DNA of 37,378 bases, taken from the NCBI GenBank assembly GCA_038845975.1, contig JAWBQF010000025.1:1-37378 (forward strand). The letters run 5' to 3'. A model generated the notes under the pieces. The model was not told the origin of the DNA, made no database searches, and saw only the letters and a list, made by a program, of their open reading frames with translations. This document shows, piece by piece, positions 10,178 through 19,908 of this stretch (its first letter is position 1; every line of letters starts with the position of its first letter). The translations under genes and the position numbers were made by a program. This stretch comes from Candidatus Methanomethylicia archaeon (GTDB lineage: Archaea > Thermoproteota > Methanomethylicia > CALHIW01).

Positions 10178-11439
10178 TTTGCTTGAGTAACGAGTTTGAA
10201 AGTAAAGTTACAAGTATGCTTCATGAAGTAATTGGGAGGGAGCTTACTCAATACTTTGATTCATGTGTTAAATGCGGATTATGTTTTAATGCTTGCCATA
10301 TGTATTCCTCAACACATACATTAGAGTATGCACCTGCATTTAGAATGGAGCTGTTAAAAAGGATTTATAAAAGGTATCTTTCACTATCAGGTAAATTAAC
10401 TCCATGGATTAGTAGAGCTCTAAAAATAAATTCTGAATCTTTAAATCAGCTTAGAAAAGCTGTTTTTGAATGTACTGGATGTAGAAGATGCGCTCTCTAC
10501 TGCCCAATAGGTATAGATCCAACATTATCAATCTCTATCTCAAGAGGATTACTATCAAAGATTGGTTTAGCTCCTGAAATACTTGGACAACTTGCTGATA
10601 TGCAAATTGAAAGAGCTAGAAGTATGGATTTATATAGAGATATTATTATTGAACAAATAAATGTATTAAGAGCTAAACTTAGAGGTGAGCTTAAAGACCC
10701 TAATGCAGATATACCTCTCAATAAGGAGAATGCTAGAATACTCTATGTACCTATAAGCAGTGAGGAATCAATACTTAGTGCAGCTAAAATATTCAATATT
10801 GCTAGGGAAAATTGGAGTCTAAGCGTTTACGATGCTGCTAACTGGGCTTTCTTCCTCGGAGATATTGAGAGGGCTAAAGCGATATCTAAAAGAATAATAG
10901 ATGAAGCATTAACTCTAAAAGTGGAAACAGTAGCCATATCTGAATGTGGACACGGATACTTCATCATGAAACATCTAATAGATAAATGGTTTAATAGGGA
11001 ATTCCCATTTAAAGTTAAGAATATAATTGAAGTATTAGCTGAGTACATATCTGATAAAAGAATAAATCCCTCCACAATCTCGAATAGAGTTACTTATCAT
11101 GACCCATGTAGAATAGCTAGAAATAGCGGAATTATAGAGGAGCCGAGATATGTTATTAGGAGAATAGTTAAGGATTTTGCCGAGATGAATCCAAATAAAA
11201 ATAGAAACTGGTGTTGTGGAGGTGGAGGTGGACTAGTAGCTATACCTGAACTTAAAGATGTAAGAGTTTCAACTGGTATATTAAAGGCTAAACAAATAAA
11301 TGAGACAAAAGCTGAAATTGTAGTTGCTCCATGTGAAAACTGTAAGCAGCAAATATCTGATATAAATGAAAACTATAATTTAAATGTAAAGGTAATGGGA
11401 TTAGTGGATCTAGTTAACACTGCATTAACATTCAACTAA
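10174..11439 (+). CDS. DsrK/HdrD-like Fe-S oxidoreductase (CCG domain)
   Basis: CVKCGLCFNAC and CTGCRRCALYCP ferredoxin motifs; degenerate first CCG domain with ECGHGY; intact C-terminal YHDPC..NWCCGGGGG..PCENC. The start overlaps the upstream stop (GTGA). Confidence 0.9.
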   Translation: MICLSNEFESKVTSMLHEVIGRELTQYFDSCVKCGLCFNACHMYSSTHTLEYAPAFRMELLKRIYKRYLSLSGKLTPWISRALKINSESLNQLRKAVFECTGCRRCALYCPIGIDPTLSISISRGLLSKIGLAPEILGQLADMQIERARSMDLYRDIIIEQINVLRAKLRGELKDPNADIPLNKENARILYVPISSEESILSAAKIFNIARENWSLSVYDAANWAFFLGDIERAKAISKRIIDEALTLKVETVAISECGHGYFIMKHLIDKWFNREFPFKVKNIIEVLAEYISDKRINPSTISNRVTYHDPCRIARNSGIIEEPRYVIRRIVKDFAEMNPNKNRNWCCGGGGGLVAIPELKDVRVSTGILKAKQINETKAEIVVAPCENCKQQISDINENYNLNVKVMGLVDLVNTALTFN

Positions 11440-11581
11440 GCTTGAAATCTCCTATAGCTCCATAGATGAACTTAATTATAAAGATGTAATTAAGTTTTAA
11501 AGAATCTAGGAGAACCTACAGTTATAGAATATGATACGGTAAGAGGGCCAATAACTACGTTATGTGTATTACTAATAATTT

Positions 11582-11955
11582 TCAGCTATTAAGTTCATTC
11601 ATTATGATTGTTTTTATCTCTTCAAAGCTTGGAATACCTACAATCTTATGCTTCCCATTTATTATGAATACAGGGTATTGCTTAACTCTATATCTTAATG
11701 ATTTCCATAATCCTTTAGGAGTAAATACATCAGTAGCACTTATCCTAATTTTATCTCCAAAATAGTTAACAAGACTAAGTGCTAAATCAATATTTTCCTA
11801 TAGCTTTCCTTCATATCATTGGGATAGTCCTTAAGAACATTATTTGCTATGAATAGACCAGAAGCAGGAAGTAGTGGTTGGCAATTTCTACAAATAGAAT
11901 AGAAAGTAGGAAATATGCTGAGAATCTCTACTTTAATCTGCAACATCTCTACTAT
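11582..11955 (-). pseudogene. Frameshifted paralog of the CxxC thioredoxin-like gene at 6811-7182
   Basis: Translates IVEMLQIKVEILSIFPTFYSICRNCQPLLPASGLF..YPND; 1-nt deletion near 11790 (TGT to T-T); then DLALSLVNYFGDKIRIS..KSLRYRVKQYPVFIINGKHKIVGIPSFEEIKTIIMNELNS*. Collinear with the first copy. Confidence 0.9.
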
Positions 11956-12576
11956 TATTTAAACTCCAGTCAACTTATATAAACTTATTGTCAGTAATAA
12001 TGGCTTTGTTAACTTTAGCTTTATTTGGGTTTCTCTTTATTTATGGTGAGTTTATGTTTAAAGTTGTTAGGTTTTTAGGGAGAGAACTCCATTTACTCTA
12101 GTTATTATGGTGCTTATATGTTTTCGTTCATCTAGGATGGCTTCAGATATTCTAAGCTTATTGTTGTAGGAGTTATGTATGGATTTGCGATGTTGCGGCA
12201 TACTTACATCACTAACATTAAAAGGATTAGAGCTATCTATGGCTTAAATATATATTGTAATTGTATTAAGTAATAGAATTCAATACTATAAAGCATCATG
12301 TAAAATATTAAACTTAAACGTGAAATATATAGTTTAAAAGTTAGAATTAATTGAGAGAATAATACAATACATTAAGGATAGAACTAAGCTATTCGATAAC
12401 TACATACATTAATAGAAGATAAAAGCTAAGAATTCATAGAAACACAAAACAAAATATAGGTAATAAACATGCTTAAGTTAACAAAGCTGTAATGATTGCC
12501 TTATGAACTTAAATGTGTAACTGATAGCTTAAATTAACAGAGTGTAATGATAAATTAACTTTAGATATTTTATATT

Positions 12577-12995
12577 TTAGCTTAGAATGATTTTAGCTAT
12601 ATTAACTAGTGCTCTAGCTATAGGTTGGTCTGGAAATCTATATTTATTGTTTTCTCTTGATATAAATGCAACACTTATTAATCTCTCACATAACTCAGCT
12701 ATTCTAGATCCCAGTATTTCCTCACCTATTATTATGCTAGGGTTTTTAGCCGTTCACTCCATGATGCACTGCCTCCAAGCTATCTAGAGCAAGTATTATT
12801 GCAGCATATCCCCTCATAGATTGGGTAAATTGTAGGAATTGCTTTACATCACGTTCAACTTCTTTTACTGCCTTAATGAATATTTCTTCGATAATTTTTC
12901 ATCAGGATATCTTCCATATACTTTAATATTTGTTAGAGCCCCAGAACAGAAGGAGTGCCTGGCACTCCATCGATAATGCTGATAGGAGTACCAGC
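12577..12995 (-). pseudogene. C-terminal remnant of an archaeal AAA-type ATPase (COG1672-like) with winged helix
   Basis: Across frames: IIDGVPG, KIIEEIFIKAVKEVERDVKQFL..GYAAIILALD, GGSASWSE, GEEILGSRIAELCERLISVAFISRENNKYRFPDQPIARAL. Several frameshifts; no P-loop region seen. Confidence 0.7.
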
Positions 12996-13283
12996 ATTAA
13001 TTGAATAAGTTAGCTATATTAAATACTAGGGAATTTATTAATGAATTCATCTGAAAACTATTTAAATATTGTTGAGACTTAATTAAGTTAATAAGTTAAC
13101 CATCAATTAATTATGGAGTTTTCAGATAGACTCAATGATAATTTTAAGAACAACAATATTACTGTAAAATCTACTTTAAATATTTTAAATAGATTTAACC
13201 TAGCTATAATGCGTTTATTGTATTTGAATCTATTCTGCCACTTCATCTTCCCCTAATAGACCAGAATGAAATTTACACTGGAA

Positions 13284-13751
13284 TTAATGGGAATCCACAG
13301 TTATTATTATAAGGGATCCAAATCCAGAAATATTGTAAAGACTAAACTTGTAGTTATTAACTATAATTGTAGGTTTACCTATTTCACCAATCCTAATATT
13401 TAGGCTTTTAAGTTTTATATTTAGATTCTGTATAATGAAGGATTCAGCATTCATGTAGCAGTCTTCAAGATCTTTAGGCTCTATCACAGTATATGAATTG
13501 TTTCCAATTATTATTTCTTTAAGAATAAACTCACATGCTGTATTAACTTCAAAAACCTCATATATGTCCTTCATGTAGATAGAGTGGATATAATGTAAAA
13601 CTATCTTATCACCAGCATTAACATTACATGAGTAAACTTTTCCAGATTCTACAACTATAATTTTCAAAGTTAACTTATTATCATGTACTTTAAGAATTAC
13701 AATACTTAACAGAAAAATAAATATTAGTGTAGTTAAGAGTTTTCTATTCAT
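13284..13751 (-). CDS. DUF1850-family TAXI-TRAP accessory protein
   Basis: N-terminal TM, LHYIHSIY..IYEVFEV motif, directly abutting the TAXI gene. Confidence 0.8.
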   Translation of the reverse strand: MNRKLLTTLIFIFLLSIVILKVHDNKLTLKIIVVESGKVYSCNVNAGDKIVLHYIHSIYMKDIYEVFEVNTACEFILKEIIIGNNSYTVIEPKDLEDCYMNAESFIIQNLNIKLKSLNIRIGEIGKPTIIVNNYKFSLYNISGFGSLIIITVDSH

Positions 13752-14855
13752 TTAGCTTGTCCAAACTCCTTTCTCCTTGAAGTACTTTACAGCTCCATCA
13801 TGGAATGGAATTGGAGAACCTATAACAGCTGTTTTAATTGTTATCTCTTTAGCAACGCTATGAACAGCTATAAGCTCATCTATATGGTCGAAGATTACCT
13901 TTACTATTTGGTAGACAAGGTCTTCAGGTAGATCTGCTCTACATACCAGGAGATTTGTTAATGCTGTAACCTCAACATCTTTATCTACTCCAGGATATGT
14001 TCCTTTAGGTATTGTGGCTTTAAAGTATATTGGGCCGTAAAGTTCTGTAAGTTTAGGGAGAACTTCGGCATGCGGTAGTATCTTTATCTTTATTCCTGGA
14101 GTTGATGCAAGATCAAGAATAGCTGCTGTTGGTAAGCCTCCACTCCAGCAGAAAGCATCTATTTTACCGTCCTTCAATGCATCGCATGACTCTCTTACAC
14201 CCAATCTTTCCTTAACTATATCTTTATCAGGATCTATACCTGCAGCTGAAAGTACTCTTAAAGCTTTATACTCAGTACCGCTACCTGGAGCACCTAGAGA
14301 TACACGTTTACCTTTTAAGTCAGTTATCTTCTCAATACCTTTACCCTCTAAAGTTACGATATGGAAGTAATTTGTATAGAGAGCCATAACTGCTTTTACA
14401 GCTACCTTCCCTGTTGCTTCAAAAGCTCCTTTACCCATATAAGCATCGTAAGCAGCATCAGGCATAACAAGAGCTAAATCACTCTTTTTTGCATGAATAA
14501 GTTTTAAATTATCTACAGAAGCAGTTGTTACTTCGGCTGTTGCTTCAACTCCTGGAATATACTTTGAGATAAGGGAAGCAATTCCACCTCCAAGCGGATA
14601 GTAAACACCACCAACACCACCAGTAGCAATACTTAAAGTTTTAGGCCATGGAGTCATGGTAGGTGTTATCGGTGTAGTTATAGGAGTTGTTGGGGTTGCT
14701 ACTGGTGATGTTATAGTTATGATTTTTGTCTCTAATCTAGTTGTAGTTACCGTAGCTACAGGTACTGTTAAGCTACCAGCAAAATATCCAACAATAACTC
14801 CAACTATAAGAGAAACAACAATCAATACAGGTAGTATTCTACTACTTCTACTCAT
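13752..14855 (-). CDS. TAXI-family TRAP transporter solute-binding protein
   Basis: SIATGGVGGVYYPLGG, ASVDN, GKRVSLGAPGSGT, IPFHDGAVKYFKE; N-terminal TM anchor and Thr/Pro-rich linker. Confidence 0.95.
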   Translation of the reverse strand: MSRSSRILPVLIVVSLIVGVIVGYFAGSLTVPVATVTTTRLETKIITITSPVATPTTPITTPITPTMTPWPKTLSIATGGVGGVYYPLGGGIASLISKYIPGVEATAEVTTASVDNLKLIHAKKSDLALVMPDAAYDAYMGKGAFEATGKVAVKAVMALYTNYFHIVTLEGKGIEKITDLKGKRVSLGAPGSGTEYKALRVLSAAGIDPDKDIVKERLGVRESCDALKDGKIDAFCWSGGLPTAAILDLASTPGIKIKILPHAEVLPKLTELYGPIYFKATIPKGTYPGVDKDVEVTALTNLLVCRADLPEDLVYQIVKVIFDHIDELIAVHSVAKEITIKTAVIGSPIPFHDGAVKYFKEKGVWTS

Positions 14856-14889
14856 CTACAACCCCACTATTATGTAATTCTCATATTTT

Positions 14890-15133
14890 TAAATTTTTCG
14901 AGAATATGATTGCCCTGTCAACTTAGATAGCTATTATTGCCGTCACTTTTAATGTATTTCTATAATTCAAACATCTAAACTCCTATATTTACTATGTTAC
15001 TCAATACTTTAAAAATAGTAAATTGTTTAACTTATACATAGGTTTAACCTCCTTATATTTACCATAACCCACCACGTACTAAAATTATAGACATTTAATT
15101 TGACAAGACATCATGGTAAAGCCGAAAAATTTA
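14890..15133. promoter_or_regulatory. Back-to-back BRE/TATA promoters sharing an upstream motif
   Basis: Minus strand TTGACAGGGCAATCAT..CGAAAAATTTA (14921 to 14890); plus strand TTGACAAGACATCAT..CGAAAAATTTA (15100-15133). Confidence 0.55.
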
Positions 15134-15155
15134 TTTTTCTTAAACTTATTACTGA

Positions 15156-17024
15156 GTGATGAGGAATATTGAGAGATATTTTGTTACTGTGTTAGCGCTT
15201 GGTATGGCTTTATGGTCTCTATATTATGTTGTTAGTGTTATTGAGACATATACTTTTCGTATGGTTCACTTAGCCTTCATTCTCTCCCTTACACCTCTCC
15301 TCTACCCTATAAGTAAAAGAGGAAGTTGGAAGCTGAGAGTTTTCGACTATATATTTTCAGTTTTAGGATTTATAGTTATTATCTATGTATTTACAGATTT
15401 TGAAGGGTTTATATATAGATCAACAATGCCTACAGATCTAGATATATTGTTTGGGGCTATTACTATTATTTTAATTCTTGAAATGATGAGGAGAACAGCT
15501 GGAATTGTTTTACCTCTTCTCGTAGTCTTTTTCCTAGCCTACACTTATTTCGGTCCCTATCTCCCCCCTCCATTTACTCATAGAGGCTACGGTATTGATC
15601 GTATAGTTGGACATATGTACATGACTTTAGAGGGGATTTTCGGTGTACCACTAGATGTTTCAGCATCATTTGTAACTATATTTGTTGTTTACGGTGCATT
15701 GATGGAGGCTGCTGGTGCTGGAAGATTCTTCACTAATTTAGCGTTAAAGTTTATGGGTAGAAAGCCTTCAAGTGCTGGTAGAGCTGTTGTTTTAACTACC
15801 GGCTTAGTTGGGGGTCCTCAGGGAAGTGGAGTTGCAACAACAATGTCTCTTGGACCTGTATTATGGCCTCTACTAAGAGATGCAGGTTATAGTCCACATA
15901 GTGCTGCAGGTCTTCTTGCAACTGGCGGTATTGGTGCTGTTATTTCTCCGCCTATTATGGGTGCTGCTGCCTTTCTAATGATGGAGTTTCTAAGAATATC
16001 ATATCTTGAAGTTATTCTTCTCTGCATGATGCCTACAATACTATACTATATTGCATTCTGGCTTATTATTGAGCTTGAAGCAAGGAAACTAAATCTTAAA
16101 CCAGTAACAGTAACCCTACCTACATGGCGTAGTCTCCTTAAAGATAGCTATCATCTACTCTCACTAATAATCCTAATAGTATTAATAGTTATAGCTGGTA
16201 GAACACCGCAGCTTGCAGCTTTCTGGGCAATAATAACTGTAATAGTAACAAGCTTTCTAAACAGGAATAGAAAGGAGAAGTTAACACCTAGAAATCTTTT
16301 AAATGCTATTTCTGAAGGTATGAAAAGCCTAATTACCGTAGCTACAGTTCTTGCTGGAGCTGGATTAATCATAGGCTCATTCACTTTAACAGGTCTTGGA
16401 TTAAAGCTAGCTGGAATAATTATGACTGCAAGCATGGGATTTAGAATATTAGCTTTAATTCTCGCAGCTATAGCTACAGTAATTATTGGATTAGCTATTC
16501 CAATAACGGCTTCCTACGTTATTACTGTAATTATAGTTGCACCAGCTCTTAAAGCATTCGGAATTCCAGAATATATTACTCATACATTTGTATTCTACTA
16601 TGCTGTTCTCTCTGAGGTTTCTCCACCTGTAGGTTTATCACCACTTGCAGCCTCATCAATAACTGGAGCTAAACCATTCTCAGCAATGATGCAGGCATGG
16701 AAATACAGCTTACCAGCATTCCTAGTTCCATTCTTATTTAGTGTTACGGATGAAGGAGCATCACTACTATTAATTAAATCCCCTCCAATAGATTTCATAG
16801 AAGCATCTATAGTTTCCATAATTGCCATGCTATTATTTGCAGCAGCAACAATAGGATACATATACGGTAAATTAACAATTCCTGAACGTATAATTCTACT
16901 TATAGGATCACTTGGAATAGCATTCTTCCCATATACAAGCATCATATTCATAATTTCAATAATAATAGTAACAGCAACAATAATTATACACATAGCAGGA
17001 AGAAAAATAAGAATTATACCATAA
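15156..17024 (+). CDS. TRAP transporter fused permease (4TM/12TM, TAXI-associated)
   Basis: EMMRRTAG, HRGYGIDRIVGHMY..EGIFGVP, PPIMGAAAFLM, FVFYYAVLSEVSPPVGL; many TM helices. Confidence 0.95.
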   Translation: MMRNIERYFVTVLALGMALWSLYYVVSVIETYTFRMVHLAFILSLTPLLYPISKRGSWKLRVFDYIFSVLGFIVIIYVFTDFEGFIYRSTMPTDLDILFGAITIILILEMMRRTAGIVLPLLVVFFLAYTYFGPYLPPPFTHRGYGIDRIVGHMYMTLEGIFGVPLDVSASFVTIFVVYGALMEAAGAGRFFTNLALKFMGRKPSSAGRAVVLTTGLVGGPQGSGVATTMSLGPVLWPLLRDAGYSPHSAAGLLATGGIGAVISPPIMGAAAFLMMEFLRISYLEVILLCMMPTILYYIAFWLIIELEARKLNLKPVTVTLPTWRSLLKDSYHLLSLIILIVLIVIAGRTPQLAAFWAIITVIVTSFLNRNRKEKLTPRNLLNAISEGMKSLITVATVLAGAGLIIGSFTLTGLGLKLAGIIMTASMGFRILALILAAIATVIIGLAIPITASYVITVIIVAPALKAFGIPEYITHTFVFYYAVLSEVSPPVGLSPLAASSITGAKPFSAMMQAWKYSLPAFLVPFLFSVTDEGASLLLIKSPPIDFIEASIVSIIAMLLFAAATIGYIYGKLTIPERIILLIGSLGIAFFPYTSIIFIISIIIVTATIIIHIAGRKIRIIP

Positions 17025-17727
17025 TAACTAAACCGTAAAAGAAAGTATTTCGTTAAATAGAACTATTTGACATCGCAAAACATTAATATTAAGGTAATTG
17101 AACAAGTTTACGACTCAATACGCTATGAAGCGGTAAAGTATATTAGATACCCATCTTACCTATGAAGTTAAGCAAGCAAAGCAAAAGCTTCATCTAGGAA
17201 TGATTGCTAACAATTATTATACTACTAGCTAAACCAATTAGAGAAATAAAATTCAATAGAAAACAAATTATTATATATGTGAAATTAATAATATGAAACA
17301 TTATCTTTAAGTTTTATGTTCATAATATTGAGAAATGTAGGTATGAAAACTTCTTAAAATATTTTTGAAGAAAATTGGTCTAGAATTAATTTCTAAATTA
17401 TAGCTATGATATTAGGTTATGTTCCTTATAAGCATAATTATCATGGTAGAAGATATTATGACAAGAAAACTTGTAACTATGGGAATGAATCCATAATTAA
17501 GATCATAAACATAGACTGTATTATGATGCCTAGTAATTCACAACTATAATTGGATATTATGTAAACTCGTTAAAGTTTTATTAGGTAGTGTAATGAGCAT
17601 ATCTGGAAATTAGACTGAATATAAAGGGATATTTAGGAATTGGTTATGATGAGGTTACTGGTGGAAAATATGCTCATGTAGCATTCATGAAGGGAATAGT
17701 AGCAGCTAAAAATGGAAAGAGATAAAA

Positions 17728-18315
17728 TTATTTTATTTTCTCAAATCTCTCTATTACAGTTTTCCAGTTTACTGCTTTAAAGAAAGCTTCAATATAGTCT
17801 GCTCGTTTTAACCCGTAGTCCAGTATGTATGCATGTTCAAATACATCCATTACAAGTATTAAGTTACCTCCAGGAATATGTCCTATATCATGTTCATTAA
17901 TCCATATGTTGAAAAGCTTATTAACTACAGGATCATGGTATAATACTACCCATCCAATACCGCGAATCATACCTATTGCTTTAAATTCCTTCTCCCAGTT
18001 TTCATAGGATTCAAAGTCTTCAATTATCTTTCTATATAGACTTGAGCTTTTATCAAGTTCAGTATAGTCTTTAGTCATATTGTTAAAGTAGTATTCATGG
18101 AGACGCATACCACAGAACTCCCATCCAAATCTACGTTTAACCTCAGCATACTCAGGAGTTCCTATTTTTCCATTTTTTATTAGTGTATTTAATGTTTCAA
18201 TAAGCTTATTCGTATTTGCAACATATCCTTGATATAGTGTAAAGTGGTTTTTAAGAAGCTGCTCACTAAACCCTTTAATTCCAATTAGATAGCTGAAATC
18301 TATAGGCTTATACAT
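17728..18315 (-). CDS. sod: Fe/Mn superoxide dismutase
   Basis: Metal ligands in NHFTLYQGYV, LHEYYF and MDVFEHAYILDYG; GIGWV. Confidence 0.93.
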   Translation of the reverse strand: MYKPIDFSYLIGIKGFSEQLLKNHFTLYQGYVANTNKLIETLNTLIKNGKIGTPEYAEVKRRFGWEFCGMRLHEYYFNNMTKDYTELDKSSSLYRKIIEDFESYENWEKEFKAIGMIRGIGWVVLYHDPVVNKLFNIWINEHDIGHIPGGNLILVMDVFEHAYILDYGLKRADYIEAFFKAVNWKTVIERFEKIK

Positions 18316-18321
18316 ATTTAT

Positions 18322-18828
18322 CTACCTGAATTCTCTAAACTTGTTTTTAGGTGCATTACATATTGGGCATCTTTCAGGTAGAGCTCCCTCAACAGTATAT
18401 CCACACAACTCACATACATATATAGGGCCTATAGCAACATCTTCCTTCCGATCAGCTGCCTGTTTAGCTTTCTGGTATAGGGATATATGTATCTTCTCAG
18501 CTTCAAGAGCCCATCCAGTTGTTCTTTCAGCTCCTGTTTCCCCCTGTAGCTTAGCTACATTGTTGTATGCTGGATACATTTCATCAACCTCAAAAACCTC
18601 TCCATCAACAGCTACCTGTAGGTTTTCCGGTGTTGTACGTAACATCCCTAACACCTTGTAGTGATTTGAGGCATGAACAAGCTCAGCATAAGCTATAGCT
18701 CTAAAAAGCCTAGCAATATTTGGGAAGCCCTCCTGCTCAGCTTTACTAGCGAATATCATATATCGCATATGTGCCTGACTTTCACCAGCAAAAGCACTTC
18801 TTAAATTATCCTCAGTCATTCTCCTCAT
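18322..18828 (-). CDS. rbr: Rubrerythrin
   Basis: NLRSAFAGESQA, ELVHA, EMYP, EKIH and a rubredoxin-like CELCG..CPIC. Confidence 0.95.
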   Translation of the reverse strand: MRRMTEDNLRSAFAGESQAHMRYMIFASKAEQEGFPNIARLFRAIAYAELVHASNHYKVLGMLRTTPENLQVAVDGEVFEVDEMYPAYNNVAKLQGETGAERTTGWALEAEKIHISLYQKAKQAADRKEDVAIGPIYVCELCGYTVEGALPERCPICNAPKNKFREFR

Positions 18829-18841
18829 AATCAGAACCTCA

Positions 18842-18889
18842 AATAAACCTTTAGGAGATGCTTAAAAATTTTATGCCTAAACTTTTAGG
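18842..18889. promoter_or_regulatory. Paired palindromic candidate operators flanking the rbr-sod TATA box
   Basis: AATAAA-CC-TTTAGG (18842-18855) and CCTAAA-CT-TTTAGG (18876-18889) either side of TTTTTAAG on the minus strand (18868-18861). A third copy TCTAAA-CC-TTTAGA lies at 19122-19135. Confidence 0.5.
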
Positions 18890-19470
18890 GTTGATTATAC
18901 TGAATTCGCTTCCAAAATATTTAAATCTTTTATAGAGAGTTTTACTATGAAGTTTTATAGCTTTCCAGTAAGGAGTTAGGCTTTAATAAATATATTTTAC
19001 TATTAAAGTTAGGGTTATAGGTCTAGACTGATAACATGTTTACTATAAACGATCCTATACGGCTTGATTGCTAGATGTTGCTATATGCCTGCTCACTATG
19101 AGATGGCTTAAGGAAATCAAGTCTAAACCTTTAGATAAACTTTTACTAATAATATATTAGAGCAAATTGACTCTATGAAGCTTATAGCTTAATCTAGTTT
19201 AGCTCTACCATCTCATCAATCTGGAGGCTATTCGTTACATAGATATAACTAGCAAGATTCTAAGTTGTTGGATAAATATAGCTAAATATGTTAAAATTAC
19301 TGTTCGCTATGATGCTTAATGAGTTTTATGAATTATTAAGTGTAGCTTAATTTTTCTTACGCTCTGAAACATATATTCTTAATTATCGATTCTGGTAGAA
19401 ACACAATTAAGCTACAAGCAAATTCTAGAAAAATATATATTCATGTGTTGTTTTTCTATATTGAGGATTT

Positions 19471-19908
19471 ATGACAGGTAAGGAAGAGCTTTTAAACATG
19501 TTGAATAAGGCTTTAGAGCTTGAGCATGCTGCAAGAATACAGTATCTAACACATGCAGAAATTGTGAAGGGAATAAACGCTGAACCTATAATTGCCAGAC
19601 TTAAAGAAATAGCTAAGGATGAGGAGAAGCATGAGGAAATGTTTAGAGAAATTATTAGCGTCTATTTAGATGGCGTACCTTCAATGGGGATAGCTGAAAC
19701 CCATCCAGCTAAAACAATAGCTGAAATTCTTGATGTTAACCTTAAGGATGAAATGCATGCAGTTGAATTTTATAGTAGCATATATGAAAAGCTACGTACA
19801 ATGAGGGATGAGCTTAAATACACATATTTCCAGGTAGAACATAAAATAAGACACATAATAATGGATGAGCAGGAACATATTACTGAACTAAGCCTACTTA
19901 AAGGCTAA
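19471..19908 (+). CDS. Ferritin-like diiron four-helix-bundle protein (bacterioferritin-like)
   Basis: ALELEHAARIQY, DEEKH, DEMHAVEFY, DEQEH (paired ExxH motifs). Confidence 0.9.
   Translation: MTGKEELLNMLNKALELEHAARIQYLTHAEIVKGINAEPIIARLKEIAKDEEKHEEMFREIISVYLDGVPSMGIAETHPAKTIAEILDVNLKDEMHAVEFYSSIYEKLRTMRDELKYTYFQVEHKIRHIIMDEQEHITELSLLKG

Noticed and set aside
11562-11765. 67-aa plus-strand ORF
   Set aside because: Antisense shadow of the frameshifted thioredoxin-like paralog.
12587-12787. 66-aa plus-strand ORF
   Set aside because: Antisense shadow of the ATPase remnant.
17443-17500. MVEDIMTRKLVT, resembling the start of a CBS domain
   Set aside because: Only about 12 residues match before a stop; too short to support a call.
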